From: Ignavibacteriota bacterium
GTDB lineage: Bacteria; Bacteroidota; Ignavibacteria; UBA10030; UBA6906
Assembly (NCBI GenBank): GCA_963752915.1
Contig: CAVVZZ010000011.1
Coordinates: 42,708 to 106,707, forward strand
Direction: 5' to 3'
DNA length: 64,000 nucleotides
The notes beneath the pieces are model-generated. The model had not been told where the DNA came from. It searched no databases and saw nothing but the letters and a program-made list of their open reading frames with translations. Positions 1 through 9,754 of this stretch are shown here, one piece after another. The stretch's first letter is position 1. Every line of letters begins with the position of its first letter. The translations under genes were made by a program, and so were the position numbers.

Positions 1-717
1 CTGCTGAGCGGCAAGAATCTTGTATACGTCATGGATGCGCTCTGGTCGACGGACTGGGAGCTTGACAATCCGGTGAAATGGCAGATGTCGCCCTTCAGTG
101 GCGACTACACGTCATCATTGTTTGTTTCACTGGATCCCCTTGCTATTGAATCAGTGGGGTACGACTTCTTGAGGTCTGAATTCACCGTTGCCCGAGGAGC
201 GGACCCTTCTGTGCAAATGTCCGGCGTTGACGACTATCTCCATCAAGCGGCCGACTCGGCAAACTGGCCCCGGGGCATCAGATTTGATCCCGACAACGAC
301 GGCGTGTGCTATGCAAGCCTGGGTGTCCATGAGCATTGGAACAATGTGATCGACAAGAAGTACTCACGGAACCTCGGAACGGGCAACGGCATTGAGTTGA
401 TCGATATTGAACAATCAACTCCCAGCCATGTCGTAGAGCGTGAAGGTGTTCCGGTGGTGTTCCAGCTGTCGCAAAATTACCCCAACCCCTTCAACCCTTC
501 GACAAAGATTCAATTCTCAATAGCCAATCGTAAACGGACAATTGTCAAAGTCTTTGACGTGTTGGGTCGAGCAGTGGCGACGCTGGTCGATGAAGTGAAG
601 GAGCCAGGAACGTACAGTGTGCACTTCGATGGAACGAATCTTGCGAGTGGGGTTTACATTTATCGATTACAGGCAGGAGACTTCGTAACGACAAAGCAGC
701 TCCTTCTGTTGAAATAG
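1..717 (+). CDS. 5'-partial secreted protein with T9SS (Por) C-terminal sorting domain
   Basis: Frame 1 is open from base 1 (the listed M at 31 is internal). The C-terminus 'FQLSQNYPNPFNPSTKIQFSI...VKVFDVLGRAVATLVDEVKEPGTYSVHFDGTNLASGVYIYRLQAGDFVTTKQLLLLK' matches the T9SS CTD consensus shared by six other proteins here. Confidence 0.75.
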   Translation: MLSGKNLVYVMDALWSTDWELDNPVKWQMSPFSGDYTSSLFVSLDPLAIESVGYDFLRSEFTVARGADPSVQMSGVDDYLHQAADSANWPRGIRFDPDNDGVCYASLGVHEHWNNVIDKKYSRNLGTGNGIELIDIEQSTPSHVVEREGVPVVFQLSQNYPNPFNPSTKIQFSIANRKRTIVKVFDVLGRAVATLVDEVKEPGTYSVHFDGTNLASGVYIYRLQAGDFVTTKQLLLLK

Positions 718-810
718 TAGGGTCAGGTGTCTGTATCCTTACCCGTACGCTTTGCCTGAGGTCGAAGAATCGGAGCCTGGCGAATGTCAAGCGCAGCAGG
801 GGGTGTCTCT

Positions 811-2220
811 CTATTCGCGGAAGGATGCCGGGTCGATAGAGTACTCCGCCATCTTGCGGTAGATCGTCTTGCGATCGAGGTCCATGAGCTTCGCGATCTG
901 GATAATATTCCCTTTGTGGACCCGCAGCATTCTGAGGAGATAGGTCTCCTCGGCATGGCGGGTAATTGTGGAGAGGTATTCTTTGAAAGGGACATTGTTA
1001 TCAAGGTTCCCATCTGCCGGTGGAGCGACCTGATGGGTCGCTTGGGCCATCGTGGGGAGTTCCAGCGACAGAATGGTGTCCCCCGTGGTCTTGATGATCG
1101 CACGTTTAATAAGGTTCTCCAGCTCTCGGACGTTGCCTTTCCACTGGTAGCTCATCAGCGACGGGTACATTGCAGGGGATATCTTTGTCACCCGGTCTTG
1201 CGAGAGTGCAGAGTGTTTTTTCACGAAATGCTCAACGAGGCCCGGCAGGTCGTCCAGTCGTTCCCTGAGCGGTGGCATCACGATGGGGAATACGTTGAGC
1301 CTGTAGTACAAGTCGTCTCGGAACTGACCGCCAGCCATCATGATTTCGAGGTTCCGGTTTGTCGCTGCAATGACCCTGATGTCGACCTTGATGGTCTCCC
1401 TGTCGCCGACGCGCTGGATCTCGTTCTCCTGAAGTACGCGAAGCAGTTTTGTCTGTACATTCAGCGGAACGTCTCCTATCTCATCCAGAAAGATGGTTCC
1501 TCCCTCTGCTGCCTCGAACTTGCCAATGTGCTGTTGGTTAGCGCCGGTGAATGACCCTTTCTCGTGACCAAAAAGTTCGCTTTCCAAGAGTGTCTCCGCC
1601 AGTGCCGAACAGTTGACCACGACGAAGGGCTTGTCCCGACGTGAACTATTGTAATGAATTGCTTTTGCCACCAGTTCCTTCCCAGTTCCTGTTTCGCCCA
1701 GGATGAGGGCCGCAACGTCAGTTCCAGCGACCTGTTGCACGAGCCGGAACACCTCCTTCATCCGGCTGTTCCGGCTGACGATATTGCTGAAGGTGTAGAT
1801 CTCATGCACTTCTTCCCGCAGATTCAACAACTCCCGCGTCTTGTCCTGCTCCTCCAGAGCTCGTCGGATCTTGATCAGGAGCTCGTCGTTGTCACTTGGC
1901 TTGGTAACATAATCGTATGCGCCGCGTCGCATCGCTTCCACGGCTGTGGGGACGGAGGCAAAGCCGGTCACCATGATAATGGGGAGGTCAGGCTGGCTCT
2001 TGCGGATATTCGAGAGGAGTTCAATGCCGTTGATCCCCGGCATGACCAGATCGGAGAGGACGAGATCGTACTTTGTTTCCGAAAGCACACGGAGTGCTTC
2101 TTCACCGCTCGCGGCGTTGCCCGCGGCATACCCATGATCCTCCAACATGGCTGTTGTCCCGACTTGGAATCCATGGTCGTCGTCGACAATCAGGATTTTC
2201 CTTTTGCGCTGCTGTGTCAT
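811..2220 (-). CDS. sigma-54-dependent response regulator (NtrC family: receiver + AAA+ + Fis-type HTH)
   Basis: Receiver 'ILIVDDD...DLVLSDLVMPGINGIELL'. AAA+ Walker A 'GETGTGKE'. Sigma54-contact motif 'GSFTGA'. 'DIRVIAATNRNL'. C-terminal HTH 'NIIQIAKLMDLDRKTIYRKM'. Overlaps the upstream kinase by 4 bp. Confidence 0.9.
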   Translation of the reverse strand: MTQQRKRKILIVDDDHGFQVGTTAMLEDHGYAAGNAASGEEALRVLSETKYDLVLSDLVMPGINGIELLSNIRKSQPDLPIIMVTGFASVPTAVEAMRRGAYDYVTKPSDNDELLIKIRRALEEQDKTRELLNLREEVHEIYTFSNIVSRNSRMKEVFRLVQQVAGTDVAALILGETGTGKELVAKAIHYNSSRRDKPFVVVNCSALAETLLESELFGHEKGSFTGANQQHIGKFEAAEGGTIFLDEIGDVPLNVQTKLLRVLQENEIQRVGDRETIKVDIRVIAATNRNLEIMMAGGQFRDDLYYRLNVFPIVMPPLRERLDDLPGLVEHFVKKHSALSQDRVTKISPAMYPSLMSYQWKGNVRELENLIKRAIIKTTGDTILSLELPTMAQATHQVAPPADGNLDNNVPFKEYLSTITRHAEETYLLRMLRVHKGNIIQIAKLMDLDRKTIYRKMAEYSIDPASFRE

Positions 2221-4058
2221 CCGGCGGCCTCATAGGGGAGAAGAACGGTGAATGTGGATCCCTTCCCGATGGTACTCTCGACCTCGATCGACCCCTGGTG
2301 CTGACTGATGATGCCATAGCTCACGGACAGACCGAGTCCCACGCCGCTCACTTTACCCTTCGTCGTGAAGAAGGCATCGAAAATGCGATTGATGTGCTCT
2401 TTTGGAATGCCGACTCCTGTGTCCTTGACCATGGTTCTGACTGTCCCGTCGTGGGCGGAGACAGCGATGACAAGGTCCCCGCCTTCGGGCATCGCGTCGC
2501 GGGCATTGGCGATCAGATTCAGAAAGACCTGTTTGAGTTTGTCTTTTGAACCACGGATCTTCGGGAGCCCCGCATCGATCTTCAGGATCGGCCGGATGTT
2601 GTTGCCCGCGAGTTCATTCAGGGTAACGGCAAGCACTTCGTCGAGGATGCTGTTCAAGTCCGTCAGTTTCATTTCTTCCTCGACGGGTGAACCCCTGTAC
2701 AGGTTGAGCATTTGCGAGGTGAGGCGCGACAGGCGCTCAACTTCGTCATAGGCAACGTCAATGAGATCGCGTCCTTTGATCTCTGCCGGCAACCTGCCGA
2801 GTGCTGTCTTCAGGCAGCTCTGAATATTGTGAATGGGGTTGTTGATTTCATGGGCGAGCTGCGCGGTCATTTTTCCTGTCGTCGCCAGACGTTCACTCCG
2901 GAGAAGGTTCTGCTGGGCTGTTTGGAGTTGACGTAGCGCTATATCGAGGGCCCTGTTTCGTTCCACCAGGTCCTCATTGAGCGTGCCGAGTTGCGATACC
3001 TTGTCTTTGAGTGACGCGCTCATCTCCATGAATCGCTGCGCAAGGACACTCATTTCATCCTTGCCTTTTACCTGGATAAGGTAATCGTAGTTCCCATTGC
3101 TGATCTCGGTCGTCCCCGTAACGAGTTGACGGATTGGACGTGTTATACTTCGGGAAATCACGAGACCGATGACCGTCGTAATGCCGAGGAACACGAGAGA
3201 GACGAGGCCGAATGTCCCCAATATCGACGCCATCGCTTTGCGCACTTCACGGCTCAGCGATTTGATCATCAAGTAGTATATATCTGTAGAATCGCCGGAC
3301 ACGGCCCTGTGCAGCAGGAACGCTGTCCCGAGGTATGTCTCATCCGCAGTGGCAAATTTGATCGCCGTCGCGACCGTGTCTCCCCCTGAGTCAAGGGTCC
3401 GCTGCTCGAGCGAGAGCATGGGGGGAAGAAGGGCTGCGGCCTCCGCCGAGTCCAGGGTTGAAAGGACGGCGGTCCGATTGCTGATCAGCAGCAGGTCACT
3501 ATTCGTCGCCTGTTTGATGGTGGCGATGTCATTGCGCGTGATTTCAAATCCGATGGTGAGAGTCCCGACGAGCTCCGTTTCGACCACGATCGGAGCTGAA
3601 ACGATCCTGTAGATGACTCCTCGAATCGGCCAAATATCCGTTGTGGCGACGAAGTGGCGTGCGTTCGTGATCGTCGCGGCTTTCGAAATGTCCCACTGCG
3701 CTCTGTCCCCACGGAGGAGTTGGACGAGGGGGCGGCCTTCGCGATCAGTCAGCACTAATAGTTGACTGAGGGTGGTCCGGTTGAGTTCCTGCAACAGCTC
3801 ATACGCGGTTTTCGCATCTCCGAGCTCTGCGACAGCACGGAGCCTGGGAGATTCCGCAATGACGAGGCAAGCGCGGATGAGTTGTTCGGATTGCAGCTTC
3901 TCATGCACGGAAACCGAGGAGAATCCCGTCCGCAGCTCGGCCGTGAACGACTCCTCCATCTTGCTGCGCGTCCAGTAGTTAATAACGAAAAAGGTGATGA
4001 CAAGGAGGCCGAGCACCACGCCCCAGATGGAGATGAGGATTTTCGTGCGCAATGTCAT
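2217..4058 (-). CDS. membrane sensor histidine kinase (two TM + HAMP-like + HisKA + HATPase_c)
   Basis: N-terminal TM 'ILISIWGVVLGLLVITFFVINYW' and a second TM before the linker. H-box 'AQLAHEINNPIHNIQ'. N-box 'LNLIANARDAM'. G-boxes 'VKDTGVGIP' and 'GVGLGLSVSYGII'. 4-bp overlap with the response regulator. Confidence 0.85.
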   Translation of the reverse strand: MTLRTKILISIWGVVLGLLVITFFVINYWTRSKMEESFTAELRTGFSSVSVHEKLQSEQLIRACLVIAESPRLRAVAELGDAKTAYELLQELNRTTLSQLLVLTDREGRPLVQLLRGDRAQWDISKAATITNARHFVATTDIWPIRGVIYRIVSAPIVVETELVGTLTIGFEITRNDIATIKQATNSDLLLISNRTAVLSTLDSAEAAALLPPMLSLEQRTLDSGGDTVATAIKFATADETYLGTAFLLHRAVSGDSTDIYYLMIKSLSREVRKAMASILGTFGLVSLVFLGITTVIGLVISRSITRPIRQLVTGTTEISNGNYDYLIQVKGKDEMSVLAQRFMEMSASLKDKVSQLGTLNEDLVERNRALDIALRQLQTAQQNLLRSERLATTGKMTAQLAHEINNPIHNIQSCLKTALGRLPAEIKGRDLIDVAYDEVERLSRLTSQMLNLYRGSPVEEEMKLTDLNSILDEVLAVTLNELAGNNIRPILKIDAGLPKIRGSKDKLKQVFLNLIANARDAMPEGGDLVIAVSAHDGTVRTMVKDTGVGIPKEHINRIFDAFFTTKGKVSGVGLGLSVSYGIISQHQGSIEVESTIGKGSTFTVLLPYEAAG

Positions 4059-4063
4059 CGGCG

Positions 4064-5176
4064 CTAGTATGCGACCACAAGTTGGAGCACGGTGAGATTG
4101 TCTTTCGGCATGGTGCCGCCATGGATCCTCGTCTCGCGACGGACAAGCTTGAGGAGGACGTCCTTATATAGGAAATATCCCAGGCCGCCTTCAAATTCCG
4201 TGACATCATAATCCCAGGGTTGCTCTGTCCCCCCAAGCAGAGCTTCGCCGAAATGCATCCCGCTGAGCCGGAGGGCCAGGTAGAGACGGGGCATGACGGT
4301 ATATTTCCCCTCTACTGAAAACCCCAGGGCTTTGAAATTCTCGTCGTTTGTCTCGAGAGGGACTTGATACGTGCTGTAGACTCCTTCGGCATTCAGCACT
4401 CCATGGCCTCGGCTGAACTCGATGTCGAGTTCCGCCGCCCGCTGGTTGTACGTGTTGACATCGATCGCACGGGGAAGCGGAGTCGACGTCTCTTCGATGT
4501 AGGGGCCCCAGGCGTAGGCACCACCCAGGGTCAGGCCGACAAAAGGGGTGATGGCGAGACGAATGAGCTTTCCGAAATCGCTGTTTGTATTTCCTCCGCC
4601 ATAGGACGTCTCGCTGATTGTCCCGCTTGTTACGGCAAGGGAGTAATCCACAATCCCGAACGAGCCGAAGACCATCACCCCGATGTCGTATATCCCTCCG
4701 TCCAGGAGATACATTCCGGACCCGCTGCCCTGTGCTGCAAGGATTTCCCGTTCGGTGGTCACCCTTGTCGGGAGAGCTGTTCGATAGTCATAGAGGACCG
4801 GGAGCCCGAACAGCGGGTTCTGCCGGGGAAAAATTCTGTCCTCAAGATTTCCAAACGGAAGATCGAATTTCCCTGCGAGGATGTTCAGGTTAAGAGGAGT
4901 AAGGTTTGCAAGCCGGATGGCAACGTAGTCGAAGTAGGCCGATCCATTGTCGAGGATTCTTGCATTCACTAGACCGGCGACGTTGTCATTCACATACCCG
5001 TCGAGAAAGAAATCGGACTCCAGCCCGAAAGACGGTCTTCCGCCGGTCATGGACCGTGGCGAGGCCGTCGCTGCGCTCTTGTAGAACTGTACGGCGGTCT
5101 GACCGCTCACGACGATCTGCGATACTGCAATGGCCGGAGCCAGCAGCAGGGTGGCGGCAAAGCAAGTTTTGTTCAT
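4064..5176 (-). CDS. putative outer-membrane beta-barrel / porin-like protein
   Basis: Signal peptide 'MNKTCFAATLLLAPAIAVSQ'. Alternating amphipathic strands rich in G/Y/T. C-terminal aromatic 'LVVAY'. Ends 6 bp upstream of the HK start, so same operon. Confidence 0.5.
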   Translation of the reverse strand: MNKTCFAATLLLAPAIAVSQIVVSGQTAVQFYKSAATASPRSMTGGRPSFGLESDFFLDGYVNDNVAGLVNARILDNGSAYFDYVAIRLANLTPLNLNILAGKFDLPFGNLEDRIFPRQNPLFGLPVLYDYRTALPTRVTTEREILAAQGSGSGMYLLDGGIYDIGVMVFGSFGIVDYSLAVTSGTISETSYGGGNTNSDFGKLIRLAITPFVGLTLGGAYAWGPYIEETSTPLPRAIDVNTYNQRAAELDIEFSRGHGVLNAEGVYSTYQVPLETNDENFKALGFSVEGKYTVMPRLYLALRLSGMHFGEALLGGTEQPWDYDVTEFEGGLGYFLYKDVLLKLVRRETRIHGGTMPKDNLTVLQLVVAY

Positions 5177-5345
5177 CCCGTCGACAAGTTTCTATCCAAC
5201 GATCATTTGACCGATCCCGACTCAAAAGAGCATACCTGGATCCCCGCCTGCCTCATTCAATATTCCGCGGCGGGCAGGTTCATTCCAAGGGTGAAATTAC
5301 CTTCATCCCGCTCTGCGGGGTTCAGTAAAACTCGTTGGAATGGGA

Positions 5346-6080
5346 TTAGTATGTGAAGTCGGCTTCAACCGTTGCCTTTTCCTGCACTTCGATGGTGCGA
5401 TGCTCCACCGCATCGCGATCGTACCAGAGAACGAGCTTGTACTTCCCCGGCGGGACGTTGCGGATGACGTAGTCGCCGCTGTCATCCGGGACCGCGAAAT
5501 AGGGGTGCCGCAACACAAGAATTGTCGCGTACATATTTGAATGAATGTCACAGTACACCCTTACAATCCCCGGCCTGTCGAAGGTGACTGACCGCGAATC
5601 ATTTTTGGGATATCGTCCGAGATCAAAATCCTTCGCTTCGGAATATGAGAACACGTTGTGAAAGAGGTTGTCGCGATTTGGAAAATCAACCGTCGTGCCG
5701 ACCAGGATCGGCAGTACCTGTGGATGGAACTGAAGGTTCTTCTGGTCGAGCATGGGGTTCTTGGTGGGGAGGGGATACCCCCGTCGGTCCAATTCGTCGC
5801 TCTCAAGGTACACCACGGCGCGCTCGGAAAGCCTGGACGTGCTCGCCGCGGGTGGAACCACAAGGAAGGCCGACTCATCACTCTCGTGACCGGCATAGCG
5901 TCCGAGAAGGTTGTCCCGTTTATGGCTCTGTATGGCCTCCCGTGCTGCAGAAATCGCAACCTTGCCGCGAATCTCCCCGGCTGTGGGATCCGTTTTCGCG
6001 CTCGACGGTTGGGCAACCTGGGCCTGACCACGCACTATTAATAGCAACAATACGGGTGCCAGACGGAGCAGTGGTATCAT
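5346..6080 (-). CDS. secreted cupredoxin-like (type-1 copper site) protein with C-terminal CarboxypepD_reg-like domain
   Basis: Start re-set to the internal Met that begins signal peptide 'MIPLLRLAPVLLLLIVRGQAQVAQ'. Candidate copper ligands 'FHNVFS' then 'VYCDIHSNMYATI' (C-x2-H-x2-M). C-terminus 'DYVIRNVPPGKYKLVLW' is typical of carboxypeptidase-regulatory-like folds. Confidence 0.55.
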   Translation of the reverse strand: MIPLLRLAPVLLLLIVRGQAQVAQPSSAKTDPTAGEIRGKVAISAAREAIQSHKRDNLLGRYAGHESDESAFLVVPPAASTSRLSERAVVYLESDELDRRGYPLPTKNPMLDQKNLQFHPQVLPILVGTTVDFPNRDNLFHNVFSYSEAKDFDLGRYPKNDSRSVTFDRPGIVRVYCDIHSNMYATILVLRHPYFAVPDDSGDYVIRNVPPGKYKLVLWYDRDAVEHRTIEVQEKATVEADFTY

Positions 6081-6239
6081 GGGGTTTGGGACAAACCTTG
6101 TTGGGTTCTGCCCCATGAAATAACAAAATTGCTGCTTACATACAATGCCATCCCGGCTACAAGTCGGGACTCCCCACCACGTGGCCACCGCCTGTCGTCT
6201 TAGGAACCGCCTGGACCTCCCCCGTGTTAGACTACCATC

Positions 6240-6291
6240 AATTGCTGACGAGCGAATAGGGGAGACCTGCCTGGAATCGAAACGTCAGCAA
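6240..6291. repeat. perfect 10-bp inverted repeat (ATTGCTGACG / CGTCAGCAAT) with 32-nt spacer in a divergent intergenic region
   Basis: Read directly: 6240-6249 'attgctgacg' and 6282-6291 'cgtcagcaat'. Lies between the divergently transcribed cupredoxin gene and the M64-like peptidase gene. Confidence 0.5.
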
Positions 6292-6428
6292 TCTGGCATT
6301 GCCGTTGCCCCAACGTACAATGACATCCCTTGTTCTCGTTCAGGCGCCAAGAACGGTGAAGGTTTCGATCCACTAGTTCAGCGACCACAGGGTTGCTGTC
6401 CTTGTTAGAAACATGAGGAGGTGCCGCC

Positions 6429-9281
6429 GTGAGAACCTTGATTCATCTTCTCCTGCCAGCCGTCCTAGTTGCTGGATTTCTCTCACCTCTCACCCTTCAG
6501 GCCCAATCCCCACCCGCGGACTTTCAATTCTCGGCGACCAGCGGAGGCATAGCGCCGTGGAGCGAGATGGTCAGAATCACGATCGATAGCGCCGGGAATG
6601 CGAACTATGTCCGTTCCAAGACCGGCGGCCCTCCGACGATCCTGGCCGAAGGCACCTTCACGATCGACGCACCCGGTTTGCAGCAACTCTGGTCCACCCT
6701 CCAGGGTAGCGGCTTCTTTTCCCTTGACCCCACGTACATCGACTCGACGGTGGGCGATGGCATGTTCGCGCGCATATCCGTTACTGCCAACGGGGCAACG
6801 AAACAGGTCAAGATAACAAACATCGCACAACCGGCGATCCAGGGGATACTGGATTCACTTAATTCGGTCGTGCCGGACAGTTTCCGAATCCCGTTCACTC
6901 CCCCCCACCAATTTGATTACACTCCGCAAGCTCCGTGCCTCAGCTTCCCGGGAGCCCTTGGCAATCCAAAGGTTGACGCCCGGATTCAAAACTCTCGCGA
7001 TCTCAAGATTCAGATGTTTCCCGGCCCATACCCACGCCGAATCAGCCGTGTCTCAGCGCTCGACGTGTCGCATCCCGGCACCGTGGTGGCATATAACATG
7101 ACCTTGCAGGACGCGATCGCGCTCGGGTGGGCGAATCTCACAAGCAAGGGAAACTATTTCGGGGACGCCGTATCGGTAACGGTGAACAACAAGAACCACC
7201 CGCCTCCTTCGAACACGGTATCCATCACGTTGTTCCTGGAGTTCTGGGGGCCACTTGCCACCCAGGCCAACATCGATGCGATTGAGAAGGACATAGCCGC
7301 AAAATGGGACGGGGTCACAAACAGCGCGGGTCAAAAGGTTCAGGTTGGATTCGTGGATCGCGCAAACACCTACGCCACATCGCCACCCAACACACCGGGC
7401 TTTAATGAAATTGATCTTGTTCCGCTCGATTCATATCGGAGCGATGCAATTGGCAAAGTGAACTCCGGAACGGGTTCGGGCACATGGGAGGTGGGGCTTC
7501 CCCCGGGGACCTACGGACATGAGGCGGGGCATCTGATGGGGCTCCCGGACCGTTACGATGACTATAATAAGCAGCCGGATGGTAGCTGGGCGAATTCCAG
7601 GACAGGGCAGTCGTACCCTGATGACGGTGCGTTTGCGAATTACCTGATCACCAAGGTTCCAGGGTATGACGTTAATGAGATGAAGGACTTTCTCAAAAAG
7701 ACAGACACGTATAGCGTTCCGAGAAATGGAAGCGAGAACGACCTGATGGCCGACCCCAGCAAAAAGCCGATACAGTCGGATATCGATCAAATCACTGCGC
7801 ATCCGGGTATGCTTGTTTCAATTCCTGCCGCTACCCCCCTTGTCAACAGGGCAAACGGAGAGCAGGACCTTGTTGTGACCCATAGCGATTATGTCTACGC
7901 GGGACCCGGGGAACAGCGGACATTGAACGGAGTGTATACTGCCTGCATCGATGAAGACCTCGAAATCCCCTCAACCGGAGGTGTGTTCGATGTTGCTCCT
8001 CCATTGAACCAGTGGACCGGCATCCGCGCCGCAGGATACATGGCAAACCTTCTCCATTACGTTGATAGTGCAGGACTGTTCTGCGATCTCGACTTAGTTA
8101 CGCAAGAGGCAATCTGGAGAATCAGCGACAACTTAATAATCTCCTTCAATTCCGAAGTGGATTCTCTTTTTTCCGCCGCAGGGGTGAACATTGGCTCGCA
8201 GATAATGGATTTCCCGCGCATGGACAGAAATGGCGCTACGGATACACTGTCGCACCCATATATCCCCGACCAGCTCTACGTGGCGGACATCGAGCCCCCC
8301 TTCTCCTCAGGTCAGGTCGGAAACGCGAGCACTCTCAGTGTGCAAATATCGCACCCGCCGGGATCGCCCGCACCAGTCGGTATTTCATGGAATGCAACCG
8401 GTCTCGATGGAGCCGGTGTGGCAATTACGGGAGCAGACTCTTCTGCTTCACTGACACCTGCGAAAAGCGGGATCTATCAGGTTGGCGTGAACGTCTCCTT
8501 CAACGATTCCCTGCACGGACAGAAGACCTTTTCCTCTGACCACAAAGCCTACATCATCGTCCCCGATAGCTATACAGAAACGTTCGAACACCCCGGTCTC
8601 ACGGATAAATATCCCTGGGGGAGTTATGGGAATGTGCCGTGGACGATAACGAGCAACTTCGCTGAGACCGGAACCTACTCTGCGCAATCCGGGCTCGTAG
8701 CGAACGGTCAATACTCAACCCTGGGCGTTGATGTTTCGCTGTCAAAGGATGATACCATTGCCTTCTCCCTTCGGGTCTTGACCCGCCTTTTGGTCGACCT
8801 GGTCGTTTTTTCTATCGATAGCTTGGAAGTAGATCAGTTCACCGGAATCAGTGACTGGACACCCTACACCGAGTCCGTGCCGGCGGGGAAGCATCGTCTT
8901 TCCTGGACCTATGAGAATAATTCCTCGACGGCTATGAACAACGCGTGGCTCGACAATATTTTCTTCCCCGGGAACGTGGTGGTGACTTCCTTGAACGAGG
9001 CTGTAACAAAGATACCGACAGTGTTTGCCTTGGAGCAGAACTACCCCAATCCCTTCAATCCGACAACAACGATAGGTTACGACTTGCCGAAAGCAACGCA
9101 CGTTTCGCTCACGGTCTTCAGCGCCCTGGGTCAGAAAGTGGCGACGCTTGTGGACACAGAACAACCTGCAGGCAGATATCGCGTACAATTCGACGGGAGG
9201 TCCTTGGCGAGCGGGGCATACTTCTGCCGGATGCAGGCTGGGACATTCGTCGACACCAAACAGATTTTGCTGATCAAATAG
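6429..9281 (+). CDS. secreted zinc metallopeptidase-like protein (HExxH, M64/IgA-peptidase-like motif) with T9SS C-terminal domain
   Basis: Signal peptide 'MRTLIHLLLPAVLVAGFLSPLTLQAQS'. 'YGHEAGHLMGLPDRYDD' resembles the M64 'HE.GH...GL.DEY' signature. T9SS CTD 'FALEQNYPNPFNPTTTIGYDLP...FCRMQAGTFVDTKQILLIK'. Confidence 0.7.
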   Translation: MRTLIHLLLPAVLVAGFLSPLTLQAQSPPADFQFSATSGGIAPWSEMVRITIDSAGNANYVRSKTGGPPTILAEGTFTIDAPGLQQLWSTLQGSGFFSLDPTYIDSTVGDGMFARISVTANGATKQVKITNIAQPAIQGILDSLNSVVPDSFRIPFTPPHQFDYTPQAPCLSFPGALGNPKVDARIQNSRDLKIQMFPGPYPRRISRVSALDVSHPGTVVAYNMTLQDAIALGWANLTSKGNYFGDAVSVTVNNKNHPPPSNTVSITLFLEFWGPLATQANIDAIEKDIAAKWDGVTNSAGQKVQVGFVDRANTYATSPPNTPGFNEIDLVPLDSYRSDAIGKVNSGTGSGTWEVGLPPGTYGHEAGHLMGLPDRYDDYNKQPDGSWANSRTGQSYPDDGAFANYLITKVPGYDVNEMKDFLKKTDTYSVPRNGSENDLMADPSKKPIQSDIDQITAHPGMLVSIPAATPLVNRANGEQDLVVTHSDYVYAGPGEQRTLNGVYTACIDEDLEIPSTGGVFDVAPPLNQWTGIRAAGYMANLLHYVDSAGLFCDLDLVTQEAIWRISDNLIISFNSEVDSLFSAAGVNIGSQIMDFPRMDRNGATDTLSHPYIPDQLYVADIEPPFSSGQVGNASTLSVQISHPPGSPAPVGISWNATGLDGAGVAITGADSSASLTPAKSGIYQVGVNVSFNDSLHGQKTFSSDHKAYIIVPDSYTETFEHPGLTDKYPWGSYGNVPWTITSNFAETGTYSAQSGLVANGQYSTLGVDVSLSKDDTIAFSLRVLTRLLVDLVVFSIDSLEVDQFTGISDWTPYTESVPAGKHRLSWTYENNSSTAMNNAWLDNIFFPGNVVVTSLNEAVTKIPTVFALEQNYPNPFNPTTTIGYDLPKATHVSLTVFSALGQKVATLVDTEQPAGRYRVQFDGRSLASGAYFCRMQAGTFVDTKQILLIK

Positions 9282-9754
9282 GGAGGCGATCCACATCACG
9301 CATCGCCAGCTGCCCGAGGTGCTCCTGTACTCGCCGCTATACTGCGATGGGCTTGCCTGACATTTCCCCGATCGTTCAGAGTTTCTTCGCAGGCTATTAG
9401 TGCTTTGAAGCCGGCATTGCGCTCAATTACGGGGTGAATGACCGTGTATTAACAGACTGTTAAGTCCTCCAATTATCCTTGCATTGGGCAGAAACTCGAC
9501 GTATATTTGCACAGCCTGTGTGTGAAGTTGGATTTCCCTCTACGGGAAGAGCGCCAGTCACAGGAAGATAATGGCGAAAACGGCGGTTTCGCACATACCC
9601 CGGTGCTCTTCGACACTCCTTCACGTTGCCAGTCAACCTCTCTCCACCTACGACGTTTTCACCTGGGGACTCTGTGCTGGTTGTTTTTGCCCCGTGGCAG
9701 GATGAGCATACGGCGCGATCCACCTATCAGTTACACACTTTTCCTGGAGGAAGC

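Noticed and set aside
1654-2235. 193-aa plus-strand ORF (and several 60-160-aa ORFs) overlapping the sigma54 regulator and kinase genes
   Set aside because: It is antisense to strongly supported genes. The translation is Arg/Pro/His-rich with no motifs, typical of spurious ORFs in high-GC DNA.
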